DNA of 64,000 nt from an uncultured Verrucomicrobiae bacterium. GTDB lineage: Bacteria > Verrucomicrobiota > Verrucomicrobiia > Limisphaerales > Palsa-1400. The stretch lies in the NCBI GenBank assembly GCA_963764165.1, contig CAVXRD010000001.1, positions 1,632,001-1,696,000 on the forward strand. The letters are read 5' to 3'. Shown in pieces: positions 1 to 11,839 of the stretch. How positions within the stretch are numbered: position 1 is the stretch's first letter; the number at the start of each line of letters is the position of its first letter. The position numbers and the translations under genes are program-made. The notes below the pieces were generated by a model. The model was not told the DNA's origin and did not search any database. It worked only from the letters and a program-made list of their open reading frames with translations.

Positions 1-137
1 TCGATCTCCAGGCGAATATCGGAAGCCGCGCGGACTTGAATCGCCGCGGCCGCACCCAGCAGCAGCAGGAGCGGGAGACGGCTAACGCGGACGCAACACC
101 GCGCGGCGAGGAACGTCAATGGGCCCGGTTTATTCAT
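1..137 (-). CDS. Partial CDS (N-terminus only) of a probable secreted protein
   Basis: ATG at 137, frame open to the window edge: MNKPGPLTFLAARCCVRVSRLPLLLLLGAAAAIQVRAASD..., signal-peptide-like. Confidence 0.5.
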   Translation of the reverse strand, partial: MNKPGPLTFLAARCCVRVSRLPLLLLLGAAAAIQVRAASDIRLEI

Positions 138-259
138 GGTGAACAACGACGGGGTCGGATGCTAAAGTGACAGACCAAAAATTGCCACACATTCGTTTCA
201 TTAAAATTCAGGCAGAATCCACAAGATGGGTTCTGGGTCCGACCAGGTCAGGCGCAAGG

Positions 260-575
260 CAAATTTCTTTGCGACTTTCGTGTCCTTGTTGTTAAAAGTT
301 TTTTTGGGATCGCCGACAGCGTGGCGCGCATGGTTCTTGCGGGGCCAACCGGAAACGGCAGGAAAATGGAACAGCAAGCACCCAAAGGCCACGAAGAGGA
401 AAAGGCGTTTAATGGCACGATGGAGCCAAGACCCGACAGAAAAACTTTCTCGCAGAGAAGATGAGTGCGCAGAGGAACCCAAAGACAAATCCGCGCTCCG
501 CTGAAAACAGCGCGGTATCACGTTCTTTTGGTTGCGGCTGGCCGCGCTGTGCCTTGGCGACCTTGCGTTAAATTC
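260..575. repeat. Cluster of degenerate short intergenic palindromic/periodic repeats
   Basis: ctttgcgactttcgtgtccttgttgttaaa, the acagcgcgg...ccgcgctgt inverted pair and ccttggcgaccttgcgttaaa resemble periodic intergenic repeats I recall from PVC genomes; no credible ORF here. Confidence 0.4.
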
Positions 576-651
576 TGGTTTCGGGTTTTGAGGCTTGCTT
601 CCATTAAATCAAGGGCGGCATATTTTTCCGGTTGCATTTGGCCCGCTGCGA

Positions 652-2578
652 ATGAATGCCGAAGCCAGTCGAGAATCAAATCCGTTACCATCGTCGTGGC
701 GTGCGGCGGACTGGGGTTGGGCTCTCGCCCTGCTGACCGCAACATTGCTGGCTTACCAACCGGCCTGGCACGGGCTGCCCGTTTGGGACGACGACGCCAA
801 CATGACCGCGCCCGCCCTCCGATCATGGCATGGCCTTTTCCAAATCTGGTTCAAGGTGGGCGCCACTCAGCAGTACCTACCCCCTCACCCACAGTGCTTT
901 CTGGCTGGAGAACAGGCTCTGGGGTGACGCTCCGCTGGGCCACCATCTCGTCAATATCTTCCTCCATTCCATCTCGTCCTTTCTTGTGTGGAAAATTTTA
1001 AAAGCCCTGAAGGTCCCCCTGGCGGGGTGGGCGGCGGCGATTTTTGCGCTTCACCCAGTGCAAGTGGAGTCCGTGGCATGGATTACCGAACTCAAGAACA
1101 CCTTGTCCGGCGTCTGTTATTTCGGCGCGGCAATCTCATATCTTCGATTCGACCGGACTCGGGACAAGCAGGCTTATGCGCTCGCGCTGGCATTGTTTGC
1201 GGCAGGCTTGATGGCGAAAAGCGCCATCGCCAGCATGCCTGCGGCCCTGTTGATCATCTTCTGGTGGAAGCGTGGAAAACTTGCCTGGGAAACGGATATT
1301 CGCCCGTTGATTCCGTTCTTCGCGGCGGGCATCTGCGCTGGACTTCTCACAGGATGGATTGAAGGCTACCACCTTGGCCCGAACGGCACGGGAGCGCATG
1401 GTGAAGAATTTAATTTCTCACTGGCGGACAGATGTCTCATTGCCGGCCGGGCCGCGTGGTTTTACCTGGCTAAGCTGGCCTGGCCGTCGAATTTGAGTTT
1501 CTCCTATGCCCGTTGGACCATCGATCCCCGCCAATTTTGGCAATATCTGTTCCCGGCGGCGGCGGCGATGGGCCTCCTTGCGTTGTGGCTCATGCGAGGC
1601 AGACATCGCGGCCCCCTGGCGGCGGCCTTGTTTTTTGGAGGGACACTTTTTCCGACCTTGGGGTTCTTAAACGTTTACGTCTTTCGATATTCGTTCGTCG
1701 CCGACCATTTTCAATATCTCGCCTGCCTTGGCCCAATCGTGGCCGCCTGTTTTGGCTTGAATTTCCTGATGGAAAAGCTCCCCCGGAACCAACGTGTCCT
1801 CGAGCCGATGTTTTGCGCGGGACTGCTGGCAGCCTTGATGATTCTGACCTGGCGCCAAAGCCAGGGTTATGCCGGCTTGGAAACACTTTGGCGAACCACG
1901 GTTGCCCGAAGCCCGGGCTCATGGCTGGCCCACGATTGCCTGGGAGTTGTTGACACGAAAAACGGCCGGTATGATGAGGCCATTTCCCAGTTTAAACAGG
2001 CCATCGCCATCCGGCCCGGCGGGGCTGATCTCCATTACTCACTGGGAATGACGCTCCTCAAAGCCGGGAACAAGGCCGAAGCCATGGCCGAGTATGAGCA
2101 GGCAATCAAGATCCAGCCCCGGCATTTTCTGGCTCATTACGACCTGGGCACCGTGCTGTTCCAGAATGGCGACAAACTCGCCGCGACGCGGGAATTCCAA
2201 AAGGCCGTGGAACTGCGCCCCGATTATCCTGAAGCGCAGAACAACCTCGGTTACGTTTTGCTCGACCAGAACCGGGCCGATGAAGCCATAACGCATCTGC
2301 ATGAAGCGGCACGCCTCAATCCCCGTTATGCCCAAGCCCATTACAACCTCGGGCGCGCCCTCCTGGTAAAAGGACAAATCGATGGGGCGATTTCCCAATT
2401 CCAGGAGATGGCCGAGATTTGCGCGGAATCCGGGCAATTCGACGAGGCTCTCAGGGGCGCCGAGCAGGCGTTGCGACTGGCCAGCAGTCAAACTAATTCC
2501 GAAAAGGTTTCCGCCATTCGGGAACAGATTGCGCATTATCGCGCTGGAACCCCCCTTCCCATCAGCACGGCGCGATAG
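652..2578 (+). pseudogene. TMTC-like membrane glycosyltransferase (GT-C type) with C-terminal TPRs, frameshifted near 877 (real lesion or sequencing error)
   Basis: ORF 595-927 gives the N-terminus (WDDD motif, ...GATQQY). ORF 830-2578 continues YPLTHSAFW...HPVQVESVAWITELKN...ADHFQY plus TPRs. Removing one C in CAG TAC C TAC CCC joins them. Confidence 0.8.
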
Positions 2579-2634
2579 TCCGGAATTTCAATTTGGCACA
2601 CGCGCCCCGGCGAGGCCTCCCTGCCTTTGAAGTC

Positions 2635-2663
2635 TTGGAAAATGCGGCCGCTCTCGCTATAAT
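2635..2663 (+). promoter_or_regulatory. Sigma70-like promoter for the xdhC-folC unit
   Basis: TTGGAA-17 nt-TATAAT, 17 nt before ATG 2681. Confidence 0.55.
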
Positions 2664-2680
2664 AGGCTGGTAGTGCCTTT

Positions 2681-3616
2681 ATGGTTGGCTTTTTCCAACA
2701 GGTGGTCGACGAATCACGGCGGAATCCTCGCTTTGCGTTGGGATTGATTTGCCGTGTCAAAGGCTCCAGCCCCCAAAAGGCAGGCGCAAAGGCCCTCTTT
2801 TTCCCGGACGGTCGAATGCTGGGCACTTTGGGCGGAGGCTGCCTCGAAGCGGAAGTTCGCCGCCGCGCTCACCAGTCCCTTGCAACAGGAAAAGCGGAGA
2901 CGTTCGAACTCACGCTCGATCACGATTTCGGCTGGGATGATGGCTTGATTTGCGGCGGAACGGTGTTCGGATTAATCCTTCCCAACGCAGCGAATGCCCT
3001 GGAAATATGGCGCACCCTGGCGCTGCGCGACGAAGCTCGAACGTGGGGTGTGCGCCAGGATTTTTCTATCGATTGGGCGCCCGGCGACGCCTCCGCCGGC
3101 TGGCTTTACCTCGAAACCCAATCGTCGCCCATGGCGCTTTGGATTGCGGGCTCGGGCCACCTCGCGCAAGCTGTCGCGCCGCTCGCGCAAGCGCTGGATT
3201 TCGATGTCACCATTTTCGATGATCGGCCCGAACTGGCCAATCGCGATTATTTTCCCGCCGCCACCCATTTGCGCGTCGGCCAATGGGGCGAATTATTGGA
3301 AACTCCGTTCCCGGCGCAGCGTGCGTTCGGCTTGATTGTCACGCGCGGGCATCAGCATGATGCGAATGTGCTGGCGGATTGGATTCACAAACCGTTTTTG
3401 TTTTTGGGCATGATCGGCAGCAAGCGCAAATCACGCTTGATTCGCGAAGGTTTTGCAAAAAAGAATATCGCGACGGCGGATGAATTTTCGCGCGTGGCAA
3501 GCCCGGTCGGACTGGAGATCGGCGCGGTGAGCGTGGAAGAAATTGCGGTGAGCATCATGGCGCAATTTATTCAGAAACGGGCAGCGCATGCGGCCCGCGC
3601 GTTATGTGAAATTTAG
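2681..3616 (+). CDS. xdhC: XdhC/CoxI family molybdoenzyme accessory factor
   Basis: GSSPQKAGAK, GTLGGGCLEAEV, GLICGG, VTRGHQHD, GMIGSKRK, SPVGLEIGA-EEIAVSI motifs. Confidence 0.9.
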   Translation: MVGFFQQVVDESRRNPRFALGLICRVKGSSPQKAGAKALFFPDGRMLGTLGGGCLEAEVRRRAHQSLATGKAETFELTLDHDFGWDDGLICGGTVFGLILPNAANALEIWRTLALRDEARTWGVRQDFSIDWAPGDASAGWLYLETQSSPMALWIAGSGHLAQAVAPLAQALDFDVTIFDDRPELANRDYFPAATHLRVGQWGELLETPFPAQRAFGLIVTRGHQHDANVLADWIHKPFLFLGMIGSKRKSRLIREGFAKKNIATADEFSRVASPVGLEIGAVSVEEIAVSIMAQFIQKRAAHAARALCEI

Positions 3617-3633
3617 CCTGGAAGTTGGATTTG

Positions 3634-5547
3634 ATGACGTATTCGGAAGCAATCGATTATCTTTACAGTCTTCGCGTGTTCGGGATGAAGTTCGGGCTGG
3701 AAAACACCCGCGCCCTGGCTGAGGCGATGGGAAATCCGCAGGCCGGGCTGCGCTTCATCCACGTCGCGGGCACGAACGGAAAAGGCTCGGTCTGCGCCAT
3801 GCTGGAGAGCATTTACCGCGCGGCGGAATTGCGCGTCGGCTTGTTCACCTCACCGCACCTGGTCGCTTTTGCCGAACGAATTCAGGTCGACCGAATTCTC
3901 ATCAGCCGCTCGGACATTGCGCGTTTGACTGCCGGGCTGCGCGCCACCATTCAGGCTCTCGGTGCCGAGACGCCCCCGACATTTTTTGAAGCCGTCACCG
4001 TGATGGCGCTGCAATACTTCAAGGAGGAGAATTGCGATCTGGTGATTTGGGAGACGGGCCTCGGCGGCCGGCTTGACGCGACGAACATCGTCACTCCGAT
4101 GGCCAGCATCATCACCAATATTCAGCTTGACCACCAAAAGTGGCTGGGCCACACGCTCCCGGAAATTGCCCGCGAAAAGGCCGGCATCATCAAGCCCGGG
4201 ATCCCTGTCATCACCGGAACCGAGGACGCCGCCGCGCTCGAAGTCATCATGGAAGTGGCGAGGCAGCAGAAGGCTCCGCTCATCGTGGAGACGGAACCAT
4301 TGCGTCAATACGAACTTGGCCTCAAGGGCGAGCATCAAAAGAAAAACGCCGCGCTGGCGCTGGCCACGGTGAATGCGTTGCACCCCAAGATTGCGGTCCC
4401 GGAATCCGCCATTGCCGAAGGCTTTCGCACCACGCGCTGGGACGGGCGCCTGCAAGTGGTCGAGCGGCCCGGCGGGCCAATGGTGCTGCTGGACGGCGCG
4501 CACAATCCCGCGGGGGCGCGAACCCTGGCCGACGCCCTGCAAACTCGTTTTTACGGCCACCGCCCCGCCCTTATCATCGGAACGATGGTGGACAAGGATT
4601 ACGCCGCCATCTGCAAAACTCTCGCTCCGCTGGCGGACAATATTTTCGCCACCGCCGTGGCCAGCGAACGCGGGGCGCAGCCGGAATTGCTCGCGGAAGC
4701 CTGCCGCCTGGCCCATCCCTCGGCCAAGATCGTCGTCTGCCCGCGCGTTTCCGAGGCGCTGGCGCAAACGGAGCGGGAACGATTCGTGGTCGTGACAGGA
4801 TCGCTTCATTTTATCGGCGAAGCGATGGAGGCCCTCGGCCTCGCCCCGGAGGAATCGGAAGGCGGTCTGAATGACTACACGACCAAAGCCAGCCCCGGCA
4901 GCATTCGTGCGGTGACGTTTGATGTGGGTGGCACGCTCATTGATCCGTGGCCGTCGGTCGGGCATGTTTATGCCGAAGTGGCGGCGCGCCATGGAATCCA
5001 TGCCGCGCCGGAAGAATTGCAGGCAAGATTTATCCGCGCATGGCTTGCCAAGAGGGACTTCGGCTACAGCCTCGCGGAATGGTCGGACCTCGTGCATCAA
5101 ACCTTCGCCGGCTTGATTGGCGGACCGGTGACGGACGGGTTGTTCAGCGATTTATATTCGTTTTTCGCAACCGCGAAACCCTGGAGGATTTTCGACGACG
5201 TGAGGCCGTGCCTTGAGGAATTGAAACGGCGCGGCGTCAAGCTCGGCGTTATTTCCAATTGGGATGAGCGGCTTCGTCCGCTGCTGCGCGAGCTGGATTT
5301 GGAAAAATACTTTGATGCCGTCGTGGTGTCCGGCGAAGTCGGCGCGCATAAGCCGGATCCGCGAATATTTCAAAAGGCATTAGGCTTATTGCAAGTGCCA
5401 GCGGACGCCACGCTGCACGTGGGCGACAGCGCGCTGGAGGATGCGGTGGGCGCGCGATCCGCAGGATTACAATCTCTTCTACTGGCCCGCGGCCAGTCTT
5501 TGGCCGATCTGGCATCGCTTGAACCGCTGCCCGCGCTAATAACCTGA
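3634..5547 (+). CDS. folC: Folylpolyglutamate synthase/dihydrofolate synthase fused to a C-terminal HAD-IA hydrolase
   Basis: IHVAGTNGKGS, ETGLGGRLDATN, DGAHNP, TGSLHFIG; then FDVGGTL, ISNWD, KPDPRIF, HVGDS...D in the same frame. Confidence 0.9.
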   Translation: MTYSEAIDYLYSLRVFGMKFGLENTRALAEAMGNPQAGLRFIHVAGTNGKGSVCAMLESIYRAAELRVGLFTSPHLVAFAERIQVDRILISRSDIARLTAGLRATIQALGAETPPTFFEAVTVMALQYFKEENCDLVIWETGLGGRLDATNIVTPMASIITNIQLDHQKWLGHTLPEIAREKAGIIKPGIPVITGTEDAAALEVIMEVARQQKAPLIVETEPLRQYELGLKGEHQKKNAALALATVNALHPKIAVPESAIAEGFRTTRWDGRLQVVERPGGPMVLLDGAHNPAGARTLADALQTRFYGHRPALIIGTMVDKDYAAICKTLAPLADNIFATAVASERGAQPELLAEACRLAHPSAKIVVCPRVSEALAQTERERFVVVTGSLHFIGEAMEALGLAPEESEGGLNDYTTKASPGSIRAVTFDVGGTLIDPWPSVGHVYAEVAARHGIHAAPEELQARFIRAWLAKRDFGYSLAEWSDLVHQTFAGLIGGPVTDGLFSDLYSFFATAKPWRIFDDVRPCLEELKRRGVKLGVISNWDERLRPLLRELDLEKYFDAVVVSGEVGAHKPDPRIFQKALGLLQVPADATLHVGDSALEDAVGARSAGLQSLLLARGQSLADLASLEPLPALIT

Positions 5548-5641
5548 CTTCACACGGCTTATACCTATTTTACAGAATTGACTACGGCGGCGGGGTATCA
5601 TTAGATTTGCTGAACGATATGGATTCAACACAGGGCAAATC

Positions 5642-6346
5642 ATGGTAAACTTATTCCGCCATTTGTTTTGTTCCTCGCTCGGCAAGAAATATCTCATGGC
5701 GGGCACCGGGGCCGCGATGGTTTTGTTTGTCCTCGGGCATCTCGCCGGGAATCTTCAGGTTTTTCTCGGCCCGGAATCCATCAACCGCTATGGCGATTTT
5801 CTTCAAACAAACGTCGAGCTTCTGTGGCCCGTCCGCATCGCCCTGCTGGCCATCATTTTCATCCACATCTGGTCGGCGGTGAAATTGACCGCTGAAAACC
5901 GCGCCGCCCGCCCGCGGGCTTATGTCAAGTGGGAGCCGACGGCCGCCAGTTATGCTTCGCGGACGATGTTCATGAGCGGCGTGATCGTGGCCATCTTCAT
6001 TGTATATCACATTTTGCATTACACGGTGATGATGAAATCCATCAACTTCACCGGCCACGACTTCACCGCCAAGCCCGAGTTTTTCGACGCCCAAGGACGG
6101 CACGACATTTACAAAATGATGATCGTTGGCTTCAAGAATCCGATTGTCTCGGTGTTTTACATCGTGGGGGTTGGCTTGCTCTGCCTGCATCTGAGCCATG
6201 GAATCAGCGCGATGTTTCAATCGCTCGGCTGGAAAAAATATTCCTACGGGCAATTCCTCGACAGCGCCTCCAAATGGCTCTCGGTCCTCATCTTTTTGGG
6301 TTACAGTTCGATACCTCTCTCGATTCTGGTGGGATTGATTAAATAA
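5642..6346 (+). CDS. sdhC: Succinate dehydrogenase/fumarate reductase cytochrome b subunit
   Basis: [32 protein letters not shown]; about 5 TM helices; precedes sdhAB. Confidence 0.93.
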   Translation: MVNLFRHLFCSSLGKKYLMAGTGAAMVLFVLGHLAGNLQVFLGPESINRYGDFLQTNVELLWPVRIALLAIIFIHIWSAVKLTAENRAARPRAYVKWEPTAASYASRTMFMSGVIVAIFIVYHILHYTVMMKSINFTGHDFTAKPEFFDAQGRHDIYKMMIVGFKNPIVSVFYIVGVGLLCLHLSHGISAMFQSLGWKKYSYGQFLDSASKWLSVLIFLGYSSIPLSILVGLIK

Positions 6347-6347
6347 A

Positions 6348-8261
<1,914 letters not shown>

Positions 8262-8272
8262 GCGAAGCGACC

Positions 8273-9046
8273 ATGAATCTTACATTGAAAGTCTGGCGGC
8301 AGAAAGACGGCGCCAGCGAAGGCCGCCTCGTCACTTACCAGGCGCCCAACGTCTCGCCCGACATGTCGTTCCTCGAAATGCTGGACGTGCTCAACGAGGA
8401 TTTGATGGCGAAGGGCGAAGACCCGATTGCGTTCGACTCTGATTGCCGCGAAGGCATTTGCGGAACGTGCTCGATGGTCATCAACGGCTATGCCCACGGC
8501 GGCCAGCCGGGCACGACCGTCTGTCAACTGCACATGCGCAAATTCCGGGACGGCGACACCATCGTGATCGAGCCGTGGCGCGCCAAGGCATTCCCGATCC
8601 TGCGCGATTTGATCACGGATCGCAGCGCTTTTGACCGCATCATTCAGGCGGGCGGTTTCGTCTCGGTCAACACAGGTGGCGCGCCCGACGCCAACGCGAT
8701 TCCCATTCCGAAAACGGATGCCGACGTCGCGATGGACGCGGCCCAATGCATCGGCTGTGGCGCATGCGTCGCCGCCTGCAAGAACGCCTCGGCGATGCTT
8801 TTCGTCTCCGCCAAAGTTTCGCATCTGGCGATGCTGCCGCAAGGCCAGACCGAGCGCGAACGCCGCGTGTTGAAGATGGTCAAAGTCATGGATGAATCGG
8901 GCTTCGGCAATTGCACCGTGACTGGTTCCTGCGAAGCCGTCTGCCCGAAGGAAATCAGCCTTGATTTCATTGCCAAGATGAACCGCGAATATGGCAAGGC
9001 CATTTTGGAGAATAATGTTCCCAGAGCGAGCAAAGGCGGGGATTAA
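8273..9046 (+). CDS. sdhB: Succinate dehydrogenase/fumarate reductase Fe-S subunit
   Basis: [35 protein letters not shown] 8273 just after the sdhA stop. Confidence 0.95.
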   Translation: MNLTLKVWRQKDGASEGRLVTYQAPNVSPDMSFLEMLDVLNEDLMAKGEDPIAFDSDCREGICGTCSMVINGYAHGGQPGTTVCQLHMRKFRDGDTIVIEPWRAKAFPILRDLITDRSAFDRIIQAGGFVSVNTGGAPDANAIPIPKTDADVAMDAAQCIGCGACVAACKNASAMLFVSAKVSHLAMLPQGQTERERRVLKMVKVMDESGFGNCTVTGSCEAVCPKEISLDFIAKMNREYGKAILENNVPRASKGGD

Positions 9047-9048
9047 TG

Positions 9049-9232
9049 AATCAGGAACGACCGAACTCAGGAAAAGAGGCCTTGGGAGTTTTTAAAGATT
9101 GCACTCTGTGCGATGCAAATCATGGGAGTGATGTGAAGGATGGGACTAATGATTTCAGATGAAAGCGTGCGGATTAGCAGTGCGCGTGACCTAGGCTTTG
9201 GCCTCTGTTCCTGAGTTCGGTCGTTCCTGATT
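9049..9232. repeat. 184-bp element bounded by 33-bp inverted repeats (REP-doublet or MITE-like)
   Basis: aatcaggaacgaccgaactcaggaaaagaggcc (9049-9081) matches the reverse complement of 9200-9232 at 32/33; fills the gap between two convergent stops. Confidence 0.85.
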
Positions 9233-9878
9233 AATACCCTCCCTTCTTCCCCAGTTCCGGCCAGAGCCGTTCCAAGTCGGGATCGGTCGCGGCCATTGAT
9301 TTTAGCTCCTTGGCATCACCGAGCTTGAATGATTTTTCCAGATAGCCGCGCGCTTGGTCCAAGGCCCCAAGCTGGCAGCAATAACACGCAATGTTGTAGG
9401 GAACAATCGGCTCTTTGGGAAACTTCTTCTGGGCATCCAGCAAAATCAGTTTCGCCGCCTCCAATCCGCCGCCGGGGCTTCGCCGGATGGCGTAGGCCAT
9501 GCTGACCCACCAATTCACATCCCCGGGCTCAACCAGGCGCAGCGCATTGGATACTTCAGCCGCAATGTCCCAGCGGGCGGTTTTGGTCGAGATCGCCAAT
9601 CGCACCCGCAACACCTGCGGATGTTTCTGGAATTGCAGGGGGATCTTCCCCAATTCGTCAACCGCGGATTGCGCCTCACCGGCCTCCAGCCAGCCGAGAG
9701 CGGTCTTGATGGAAATGGCCAGATGCACCTGCAGCACATGCTGGTGCTTTTGAAATTTCGGAGCAATTTTCGCCAATTCTTCAATGGCGGACTTCTCATC
9801 CCCCAACTCCAGCCAGCCAAGGGCGGAGGAAAGGTAATGCGCGTCCGGCATCTCCAATTTGTTTTCAGAATCACCCAC
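9231..9878 (-). CDS. TPR-like protein with a tandem 41-aa duplication
   Basis: ALGWLE..G...A..EL.KI...FQKH..VL.V.LAIS.K occurs twice; C-terminal YNIACY...A..DPDL motif. Confidence 0.75.
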   Translation of the reverse strand: MGDSENKLEMPDAHYLSSALGWLELGDEKSAIEELAKIAPKFQKHQHVLQVHLAISIKTALGWLEAGEAQSAVDELGKIPLQFQKHPQVLRVRLAISTKTARWDIAAEVSNALRLVEPGDVNWWVSMAYAIRRSPGGGLEAAKLILLDAQKKFPKEPIVPYNIACYCCQLGALDQARGYLEKSFKLGDAKELKSMAATDPDLERLWPELGKKGGY

Positions 9879-9975
9879 GCATTCAACATTCCCATCGCAC
9901 CGATTGGCGTCAATGGCAATTGATGCGCGCCACTCGAATGTTGCAAAAGCAATTCAAGCCGTTAGTCTCGCGGCG

Positions 9976-11190
9976 GTGCCGACCAATTCGCGCCAGGTTC
10001 ATCCGTGGGTTTTCATGGTGCTGTGCATTCCCTTCGGGGTAAGCTCAGGTTACGCCAGCGTCACCCTCCCCTTCCTGCTCAAAGCGCAGGGCGTCTCCGT
10101 GGCAACCATCACCGCGCTGACCGCGCTCACGTTTTTGCCGCAGACGTGGAAGTTCTTTTGGGGGCCGGTGGTGGACATCACCCTGAACCAGCGAAAATGG
10201 TATGTTCTCTCCAATCTTCTCACCTCGATTGGCATTGGCGCGATTGGCTTTTTCCCGTCGACTCCAGCGGCCTTGAAGATTCTCTCGGCCCTGGTTTTTT
10301 TGAGCAGCCTTGCCTCGACTTTTCTGGGAATGGCGTTGGAAAGTTTGATCGCGCACGGCACGCCGGATGAGTGGCGGGGGCGCGTTGCGGGTTGGTACCA
10401 GGCGGGAAATCTGGGCGGGATGGGCCTCGGCGGCGGTCTTGGATTGGAATTGGCCGAGCGCCTGCCCTCGCCGTGGATGGCCAGCACCATTGTCGGCATT
10501 TTGTGCATCCTTTGCGGCGTGGCGCTGTTTTGGGCGCCCCATCCCGAAAAAGCATTCAGCGGGCAAAGGCTGCTGCCAAAGTTGTGGGAGACATGCAAAG
10601 AAATCTGGCAGGTGGTGAGATCCCGCACAGGCGCGCAGGCGCTGCTGCTTTGCTTTCTGCCGATTGGAACCAGCGCGGCGCCTTTTGCCGCGCTCGCCAC
10701 CGAATGGCACTCGTCGGATCATGTGGTCGCCATCGTCACGGGAGTGCTGGGCGGCCTGATCTCCGCTGTCGGCTGTTTTGCGGGAGGCTGGGCTTGCGAC
10801 CGGATGAACCGCCAATACGCCTACGTCTGGTTCGGCATCATCCAAGCCGGTTCGTGCCTTGGAATGGCGTGGATGGCTCGGACCCAGCCGATGTTTATAG
10901 CTTGGACATTGATTTATAACTTCACCGCGGGGCTGGCGTATGCGGCGTTCTCCGCCTACGTGCTGGAAGCCATCGGCAAAGGCGCCGCCGCGACCAAATA
11001 CAACATGCTGGCCTCGCTTTCCAACATTCCGATCATGTTCATGACCGAATGGGACGGCAAGGCGCACGATAAATGGGATTCAACGCGGATGTTCTACCTC
11101 GAAGCGGGTCTGGCCGTGGCCAGCGCCCTGATTTTTCTGGTGCTGACAAAATTGTTTTGGCCGAAGCGGCCACTCGAGATTGGGAAATAA
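9976..11190 (+). CDS. MFS transporter, AmpG-like
   Basis: About 12 TM helices, WKFFWGPVVD, AATKYNMLASLSN; GTG 9976 lies 7 nt after TTGCAA-16-TAGTCT (possibly leaderless). Confidence 0.85.
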   Translation: MPTNSRQVHPWVFMVLCIPFGVSSGYASVTLPFLLKAQGVSVATITALTALTFLPQTWKFFWGPVVDITLNQRKWYVLSNLLTSIGIGAIGFFPSTPAALKILSALVFLSSLASTFLGMALESLIAHGTPDEWRGRVAGWYQAGNLGGMGLGGGLGLELAERLPSPWMASTIVGILCILCGVALFWAPHPEKAFSGQRLLPKLWETCKEIWQVVRSRTGAQALLLCFLPIGTSAAPFAALATEWHSSDHVVAIVTGVLGGLISAVGCFAGGWACDRMNRQYAYVWFGIIQAGSCLGMAWMARTQPMFIAWTLIYNFTAGLAYAAFSAYVLEAIGKGAAATKYNMLASLSNIPIMFMTEWDGKAHDKWDSTRMFYLEAGLAVASALIFLVLTKLFWPKRPLEIGK

Positions 11191-11316
11191 AGGATCGAAA
11201 GGCAGGCAGCCAGTCGCACCTGTTTTTTGAAAGCGCGGCGCTAAACGCAGGATATTAATTGGAATTAAACATCCACCATAGACACGCATTTATGAAGTTG
11301 TTAGGATAACGTCCTT

Positions 11317-11784
11317 ATGAAACCAGTTCACCACATTGCGGAAGGATTCCGCGCGCTCACGCCTTATTTGATTGTGGATGGCGCGGTCAAGGCCATTGAG
11401 TTTTACAAAGCAGCTTTTGGCGCGAAGGAGATTGTGCGCATGCCAATGCCTGATGGGCGGCTCGCGCATGCGGAAATTGAAATCGGCGATTGCAAATTGA
11501 TGATGGCCGATGGCTGCGAAGCCACCCTGGTCAAAAGCCCGCAGGCCTACGGCGGCACGCCGGTGACGATGTGCCTTTACGTGGAGGATTGCGACGCGGC
11601 CACCGCCAAGGCGCTCGAACTCGGCGCGAAAATCATTCGCCCGCTGGAAGATCATTTTTATGGCGACCGCTCGGCCACCATCAGCGATCCATTCGGCCAT
11701 ATCTGGACCATTTCCACCCACAAGGAAGACGTGACACCCGAGGAGACACAACGGCGCGCCGACGCTTTGTTCGCGCAAAAATGA
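11317..11784 (+). CDS. VOC/glyoxalase (PhnB-like) protein
   Basis: LTPYLIV, AIEFYKAAFGA, HAEIEIGD, FYGDR...DPFGHIW. Confidence 0.92.
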   Translation: MKPVHHIAEGFRALTPYLIVDGAVKAIEFYKAAFGAKEIVRMPMPDGRLAHAEIEIGDCKLMMADGCEATLVKSPQAYGGTPVTMCLYVEDCDAATAKALELGAKIIRPLEDHFYGDRSATISDPFGHIWTISTHKEDVTPEETQRRADALFAQK

Positions 11785-11839
11785 ATCCCGAGGCGCGGCC
11801 CATCGTCTATTGGCTGTCCATGGCTGTCTGCCGGCAACG

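Noticed and set aside
201..521. Short ORFs on both strands in the first intergenic region
   Set aside because: They translate degenerate repeat sequence and have no protein features.
3850..5100. 416-aa minus strand ORF
   Set aside because: Antisense shadow of folC.
5604..5641. gatttgc/gcaaatc stem near the sdhC RBS
   Set aside because: The left arm overlaps the likely -10 region (TAGATT), so it may not be transcribed; no riboswitch consensus recognised.
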